Source of the DNA: Alphaproteobacteria bacterium
Lineage (GTDB): Bacteria > Pseudomonadota > Alphaproteobacteria > UBA828
NCBI GenBank assembly: GCA_965214705.1
Contig: OZ243972.1
Coordinates: 768,001-832,000, forward strand
DNA: 64,000 bases
Direction of reading: 5' to 3'
Below are positions 58,619-64,000 of the stretch, one piece after another. Within the stretch, counting starts at the first letter, position 1. The number at the start of each line of letters is the position of its first letter. The notes beneath the pieces were generated by a model that was given only the letters and a program-made list of their open reading frames with translations, was not told where the DNA came from and ran no database searches. Made by a program: the position numbers and the translations under genes.

Positions 58619-59566
58619 CTATATGGGGGCGACCGGCAGCCGTGCCAGGCGCTCGGTCAGCATAGCGAAGAAGCCGTCGGCGTCGACCCTCTGCAGCACG
58701 TGGGCGTTGGCGGCAGCGCCGCTGCGGCCGTGCAGATCGCACACGGTCCGCCCGAAGCAGTGGCCGTTGCTCAACTCCACATCGACCCGCATGTCACGGC
58801 CCTCGAAGAGATCGGGCGCCAGAAGATAGGCGATCACGCAGGGATCGTGCATGGGCGCGCCGTGGTGATACGCCTCGATGTTCTTCTCGCCGTAGAGGTC
58901 GAGCATGCCGCAGACGGCAGCCCCCGGCGCCGTGCCCAGCGCGCGGATTGCCTCCAGCCTGGGCGGCGTCGCGATTGCCTGATGGGTGACGTCGAGCCCG
59001 ATCATGGTGAGCGGCACGCCGGCCTCGAACACCACGTGCGCCGCATGGGGGTCGGCGTGGATGTTGAACTCGGCCGCCGGCGTGACGTTGCCGAGCCCAA
59101 TCGCGCCCCCCATGGTCACGATTTCGCGCACGTTCGCCCGCATCGCCGGGTTCTTGACGATGGCGAGCGCGACATTGGTGAGGGGCCCAAGCGTCGCCAG
59201 CGTGATGGGCTCCTGCGCCGCCGTCAGCGTATCGACCAGAAAGTCCACCGCATGAGCTGCCTCGGCGGGGCGGCCCGGCTCCGGCAGGTCGGCGCCGTCG
59301 ATCCCCGTCGGCCCGTGGATGTACTCAGCGGTCTCGGGTTCGCGCACCATGGGCCTTGAGCACCCGGCATAGACCGGCACCTCGGGTCGGCCAGCGAGGT
59401 CCCTGATTCGGCGCGCGTTGCTCTCGGTCCGGGCGAGCGGCACGTTGCCCGCGACGGCGGTGATGCCGAGCAGGTCGAACTCCTCGGGGGACGCGAAGGC
59501 GAGCAGCAGGGCGACGGCGTCGTCCTGGCCCGGATCGCAGTCGATGATCAGCGGTCGCGCGCTCAT
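58619..59566 (-). CDS. Nucleoside hydrolase (IU-NH family)
   Basis: DCDPGQDD, AGNV, GPLTN, AEFNIHADP, HDP. Confidence 0.93.
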   Translation of the reverse strand: MSARPLIIDCDPGQDDAVALLLAFASPEEFDLLGITAVAGNVPLARTESNARRIRDLAGRPEVPVYAGCSRPMVREPETAEYIHGPTGIDGADLPEPGRPAEAAHAVDFLVDTLTAAQEPITLATLGPLTNVALAIVKNPAMRANVREIVTMGGAIGLGNVTPAAEFNIHADPHAAHVVFEAGVPLTMIGLDVTHQAIATPPRLEAIRALGTAPGAAVCGMLDLYGEKNIEAYHHGAPMHDPCVIAYLLAPDLFEGRDMRVDVELSNGHCFGRTVCDLHGRSGAAANAHVLQRVDADGFFAMLTERLARLPVAPI

Positions 59567-59696
59567 GGCAGCCCGGAATCATACCTAGCGTCGCGAGCGG
59601 CGGATAGTGCCTGCGAAGAAGAGTGTGCGTCGGTTTCCGCGTGGCCGTGCAACATCCGCGCGCGCAGCGGCGATCGGGATGGCGGTTCCGACGTGG

Positions 59697-60998
59697 CTAA
59701 TCCCGGGGATCGCGCTGGTAGCGAGCAGCGGCGCCAGCGTCGTCGGTGCCGGAGGGTCCGTCGCCGCCTTCACTCCCGCGATCCGGCGCACTAGCACCAG
59801 CGCGCTGCGGATCGGCCGTATCGCGTGGACCCAAATCGAACCGATGCCCCTGGGTGTGGCGACTCCCGCAGTCGGCGCCACTCCACCAAGCATCGGCCGC
59901 CTCGCGCACGGCGCCCCAATCCAGCTCGAAGCCCAGTCCCGGACCGTCGAGAACAGGAAGCCTGCCGTCCTGCAACGTGAGGTCGGGTCGGCTGACGATG
60001 TCCCAGGCCAGAAAATTGTTCATGTACTGGTTGCCATCGTCCAGGTTGGGAGTCATCGCCGCCGCGTGGATCGCCGCCACGGTGGTTATCCCCGTCTCGT
60101 GCAGTCCGTGGATACAAACGTCGACGTTGGCCGCCTCGGCGACGTGGGCCACCTTGCAGAAGCGCAGCAAGCCCCCGGTCTCGTGCAGGCCGACGACGAT
60201 CAAATCGGCAGCGCGCAGGCGGCAGACGTCGAAGGCGTCGCCCAGCGCGATGACACCCTGGTCCGCTGCGATCGAGATGGGACTCGCAGCCCGCACCCGC
60301 GCCAGCGCCTCGATGCTTTCCGCATCGATCGGCTGCTCCACGACTTCGATGTCAAACCGGGACAGCCTTCGCATCATGCGGGCGGCCCGGACGGGGTGCC
60401 AACGCCCGCTCGGGTCGAGGCGTAGGCGTTTGCCGGGTCCGATGGCGGCCCGGACCCGGGCGACGACCTCAGCGTCCAGATCGTCGCCCCGTCCGGCCTC
60501 GACGAAGATCACTTCGTGGCCCGAGGCCGCGAGCCGCGCCGCCTCGCCGGCAATTTCTTCGGCGGTTTCCCCTTGCGGGAAGCCGAAGTAGCGCACTTCG
60601 TCGCGAACCGCGCCGCCCAGCAGAGCGTGAACGGGGCGGTCCACAGCCTTGCCCATGGCGTCCCACAGTGCCATCTCCAGCCCCGCGAGCGCCTTGCCCG
60701 CGAATTTGGAGGCCCTGCAAGACTCCTCGCGACCGAACAGCGCGTGGTAGGCCTCGTCAATCAGGCGGGCGTTCTCGAAAGGACTACGACCGACGCAAAA
60801 GTCCGCCGCGAGCGAGATATGGGCGCGGATCGCCTCGACCGATGGCGTCGCAATCGACTCGCCATAGCCGATCACGCCCTCGTCGGTGTGGACCTCGACC
60901 AGGATTACCTCCGCGCCGTGGGTGACGCCCTGGGACCAGTGAAAGGGTTGCTCGTAGGGGATCCAGAGCGGTGTCGTGACAACCTCGCTAATCTTCAT
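59697..60998 (-). CDS. Mandelate racemase/muconate lactonizing family protein, possibly degenerate
   Basis: TDEGVIGYGES, EMALWDAMGK, RLD, EQP, AD, GPGLG; atypical C-terminal tail. Confidence 0.78.
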   Translation of the reverse strand: MKISEVVTTPLWIPYEQPFHWSQGVTHGAEVILVEVHTDEGVIGYGESIATPSVEAIRAHISLAADFCVGRSPFENARLIDEAYHALFGREESCRASKFAGKALAGLEMALWDAMGKAVDRPVHALLGGAVRDEVRYFGFPQGETAEEIAGEAARLAASGHEVIFVEAGRGDDLDAEVVARVRAAIGPGKRLRLDPSGRWHPVRAARMMRRLSRFDIEVVEQPIDAESIEALARVRAASPISIAADQGVIALGDAFDVCRLRAADLIVVGLHETGGLLRFCKVAHVAEAANVDVCIHGLHETGITTVAAIHAAAMTPNLDDGNQYMNNFLAWDIVSRPDLTLQDGRLPVLDGPGLGFELDWGAVREAADAWWSGADCGSRHTQGHRFDLGPRDTADPQRAGASAPDRGSEGGDGPSGTDDAGAAARYQRDPRD

Positions 60999-61613
60999 GC
61001 CCTCTCCTCCGGCGCTCGGCGCCTTCGGTCGCCCCAAATCGATTTAGCGGGCTACGCACCGCGTTCGATCCTCGCAAATGGGGGAGTGGACGCACACCGT
61101 CCAAATGGTGGGCTTGAGAAATCACGGGTGAGGTCCCTGATGGCCAGGACTCCCCGTGTTGGTCCAGTTTGATTGTTCCGAACCTGGTGTGGTCGAGCAT
61201 CGCATCGTGCAACCACGCCTGGATGCGATCGAACGGGTCTCTTTCGCTCATGATGAGCTTGCGACCCTCGTTGTCCCGGTTGCTCCTCGGGCGAAGATCC
61301 TCGCTCCATGGATTCCGGCAAAGACCGTACCTTTGAGGGACTCAAGCGTCAGTTCTGGCCATCCTCACCAGACCTCCGTGGCAACGGGGGCCGCCAGGCG
61401 GGCAGCATTTGCCGAAGAGACGAGCCCCATCGGGTGGTCTATCTCGAATACTAGTTAACCGGTCCAAATAATGCCATATCTGAGATGACTATATGATCGA
61501 TATAGAAATCGATATGTCTGTAGTGGCAGTTAAAGTGCCTTCTGGTGGGCGCGTGAGCAGCCTTATTGGCGGTGGCGCCGGCCGGGCGCCGGCACGATGT
61601 GCTATCGTGGGCC

Positions 61614-62807
61614 ATGACCCGCTCCGGCGCCCGCGACGTGGCGCTCCTCGCCATCTGCCAGGCGCTCTTCCTCACCTCGATGTCCGCGGTGGTTGCCGCG
61701 GCCGCCCTGATCGGGCACCAGCTCGCCGATACCAAGGTGCTGGCGACGCTCCCCATCGGCATCCAGTTCGTGATGACGATGGTGGCGACGGTACCGGCAT
61801 CGCTCCTCATGAAGCACATCGGGCGGCGCGACGGCTTCACCGTGGGCGCCACCATCGGGCTTGCTGGCGCGCTCCTGGGCCTCTGGGCGATCATGGAGGC
61901 GAGCTTCACGCTCTTCTGTGTCGGCCTCGCGCTGGTCGGCGCAGCCAACGGCTTCGCCCAGTACTATCGCTTTGCCGCGGCGGACGCAGCGAGCGAGGCC
62001 TTCAGGAGCCGAGCGATCTCGCTGGTGCTGGCGGGCGGCGTGATCGCCTCGATAGGCCCCCTGCTCGCCGACTGGTCCAAGGACCTCTTCGCGCCGATCG
62101 CGTTCGCGGGCGTGTTCGCCACCATGGCCGCGCTTTACGTGGCCACGCTCGTGGTCCTTCGTTTCATCACCATTCCGCCGCCGGACGAGGAGGAGCGCAG
62201 CACTTCGGGCCGACCCCTGCTCACGATCATGCGCCAGCCGACATTCATCATCGCCGTGCTCGGCTCCCTCGTCGGCTATGCGATGATGTCGCTGCTGATG
62301 ACCGCGACGCCGCTCGCCATGAAGTACTGCGGCTTCGGCTTCTCCGACTCGGCGCAGACGATCCAGTGGCACGTGCTCGGCATGTTCGCGCCCGCCTTCG
62401 TCACCGGCCATCTGATCAAGCGCTTCGGCACGAAGACGATCATGGCCTGCGGCGCGCTGCTGATCGGGCTCTGCGCCGCGTCCAACCTCCATGGCGTCGC
62501 ACTGCTCAACTTCCATGTCGCCCTGGTCCTACTGGGCGTGGGCTGGAATTTCCTCTTCACCGGCGGCACGACGCTCATAACCGAGATTCACAGCCCGGCG
62601 GAGAAGGCGAAGACGCAAGCGGCCCACGACTTCACCGTGTTCACCGGCGTTGCGGCGGCGGCGCTGCTCTCCGGTGCGCTGCACGAGGCAGTGGGCTGGC
62701 AGACGATGAACTACGCGGTGCTGCCGTTCCTCGCCGCGGTGCTGATCGGGCTCGTCTGGCTCGGGCTCAGCGGGCGAAGGGCCACCGCTTCGTCGGCGGC
62801 CGAATAG
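61614..62807 (+). CDS. MFS transporter
   Basis: About 12 hydrophobic segments, GRRDGF, YRFAAAD, WHVLGMFAP. Confidence 0.9.
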   Translation: MTRSGARDVALLAICQALFLTSMSAVVAAAALIGHQLADTKVLATLPIGIQFVMTMVATVPASLLMKHIGRRDGFTVGATIGLAGALLGLWAIMEASFTLFCVGLALVGAANGFAQYYRFAAADAASEAFRSRAISLVLAGGVIASIGPLLADWSKDLFAPIAFAGVFATMAALYVATLVVLRFITIPPPDEEERSTSGRPLLTIMRQPTFIIAVLGSLVGYAMMSLLMTATPLAMKYCGFGFSDSAQTIQWHVLGMFAPAFVTGHLIKRFGTKTIMACGALLIGLCAASNLHGVALLNFHVALVLLGVGWNFLFTGGTTLITEIHSPAEKAKTQAAHDFTVFTGVAAAALLSGALHEAVGWQTMNYAVLPFLAAVLIGLVWLGLSGRRATASSAAE

Positions 62808-62825
62808 ACGCCTCTCGGCGCCGAG

Positions 62826-63071
62826 CTAACCGCCGCCGATCCGGGGCAGGAAGCAGACCTCGCTCTCGGGCGCGACCGCTGCGAACAGGTCGTCCTGATG
62901 GATGTGGCCGTCCACCGCGACGGCCATGCCCTCCTCCAGCTCGCGCCCGATGCCCGCGTAGCGGGCCTCGAGCGCGCGGATCACGCCGCGAATATCGGTC
63001 GCCTCGACCTCTAGCTCGGTCACCCCGCCCGTGTAGCGGGCGAGACTCGAAGGCAGGACGACCCGCGCCAA
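62826..63071 (-). CDS. MoaD/ThiS-family sulfur carrier protein
   Basis: 81 aa ending PRIGGG (C-terminal Gly-Gly). Confidence 0.85.
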   Translation of the reverse strand: MARVVLPSSLARYTGGVTELEVEATDIRGVIRALEARYAGIGRELEEGMAVAVDGHIHQDDLFAAVAPESEVCFLPRIGGG

Positions 63072-63075
63072 CGGG

Positions 63076-64000
63076 TCAGGCGCCGCCGTTGTCGAGCGCT
63101 TCGAGCAGGCGCGGCGGCGACATCGGCAGGTCGGTCATGCGTATGCCGGTCGCGTTCTCGATCGCGTTGGCGACCGCCGCCATCGGCGGCACGATCGGCG
63201 TCTCGCCGACGCCGCGCACGCCGTACGGGTGGTTCGGGTTCGGCACCTCGACGATGACCGCGTCGATCATCGGCAGATCGGAGGCCACCGGCATGCGGTA
63301 ATCGAGGAAGCCCGGATTTTCGAGCCGGCCATCCTTGTCGTAGATGTACTCCTCGTTGAGCGCCCAGCCGATGCCCTGGGCGGCGCCGCCCTGAATCTGG
63401 CCCTCGACGTAGCTCGGATGGACCGCCTTGCCTGCGTCCTGCACCGCGGTATAGCGCAGTACGGTGACGCGTCCGGTCTCGCGGTCGACCTCGACGTCGC
63501 ACACGTGGGTGCCGAAGCCGGGGCCGGCGCCTTGCGCGTTGATGGAGGCGGTCGCCGCGATCGGGCCGCCGGTCTTGCCCGCCTGGGCCGCGATCTCGGC
63601 CATGCTCATAGGCTCGAAATCACCGGCGTTGCTGCCCGAGGGCTTGGCATAACCGTCTTCCCACTCGACCGCCTCGACCGGGATGTCCCAGATCTTGGCG
63701 GCACGCTCGCGCAACTGCTCAACGACCTTGCCCGCCGCATCGATCGCCGCCATGCCGGTGGCGAAGGTCACGCGGCTGCCACCGGTGAGGAAGGTGTAGC
63801 CGATGGTGTCGGTATCGGCGACCAGCGGACGCACTCTCTCCGGCGGAATGCCGAGCGCTTCCGCCGCCTGCAGCTGGATGGAAGCGCGCGAGCCGCCGAT
63901 GTCGGGGTTGCCCTCGATCACCGTCGCCGTGCCATCCTCGTTGACGTTGATGGTGGCGCAGGATTCGCCGCCGATGTTGAACCAGAAGCCGGTGGCGATG
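63076..64000 (-). CDS. Xanthine dehydrogenase-family molybdopterin-binding subunit (C-terminal part; runs off the window)
   Basis: TGGSR, VEVDRETG, QDAGKAVHP..VEGQIQGG, GVRGVGE. Confidence 0.92.
   Translation of the reverse strand, partial: IATGFWFNIGGESCATINVNEDGTATVIEGNPDIGGSRASIQLQAAEALGIPPERVRPLVADTDTIGYTFLTGGSRVTFATGMAAIDAAGKVVEQLRERAAKIWDIPVEAVEWEDGYAKPSGSNAGDFEPMSMAEIAAQAGKTGGPIAATASINAQGAGPGFGTHVCDVEVDRETGRVTVLRYTAVQDAGKAVHPSYVEGQIQGGAAQGIGWALNEEYIYDKDGRLENPGFLDYRMPVASDLPMIDAVIVEVPNPNHPYGVRGVGETPIVPPMAAVANAIENATGIRMTDLPMSPPRLLEALDNGGA

Noticed and set aside
1-64000. CRISPR array, tRNA or rRNA
   Set aside because: No regularly spaced repeats or recognisable structural RNA genes were seen by eye; a covariance search was not run.

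Overview
High-GC bacterial DNA. The gene set (Pam18-like J protein next to a vWA protein, SPOR D,D-carboxypeptidase, galU-ugd-pgm) suggests an alphaproteobacterium, but that is inference. Most of the window is metabolic genes: an enamidase-like amidohydrolase, GST, pcm, an acyltransferase, an OYE flavoenzyme, a LarA-like protein, a halohydrin dehalogenase, a Rieske oxygenase, amidases, twin CE4 hydrolases with an ABC importer, dgcN-dgcA and a five-gene corrinoid methyl-transfer operon. There are also two vapBC TA pairs. The main structure is a lower-GC surface-polysaccharide island (about 10.9-30.4 kb: wzm/wzt, glycosyltransferases, rmlCBDA) broken by mobile DNA, with every junction reconstructable base by base. 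(i) An IS66/ISBst12-type element carrying a DNA adenine methyltransferase passenger splits the large glycosyltransferase gene. (ii) rmlA is split by a four-level nest: a tyrosine-recombinase/IS91-like element contains an antisense group II intron, which contains a second group II intron in its domain III, which contains a 167-bp MITE. The inner intron's putative EBS1 is complementary to the conserved domain III motif, suggesting an intron that specialises in invading other introns. A third IS cuts off the start of a DUF1330 gene but supplies a new in-frame ATG. All calls come from manual reading and motif recognition; no database searches were run.
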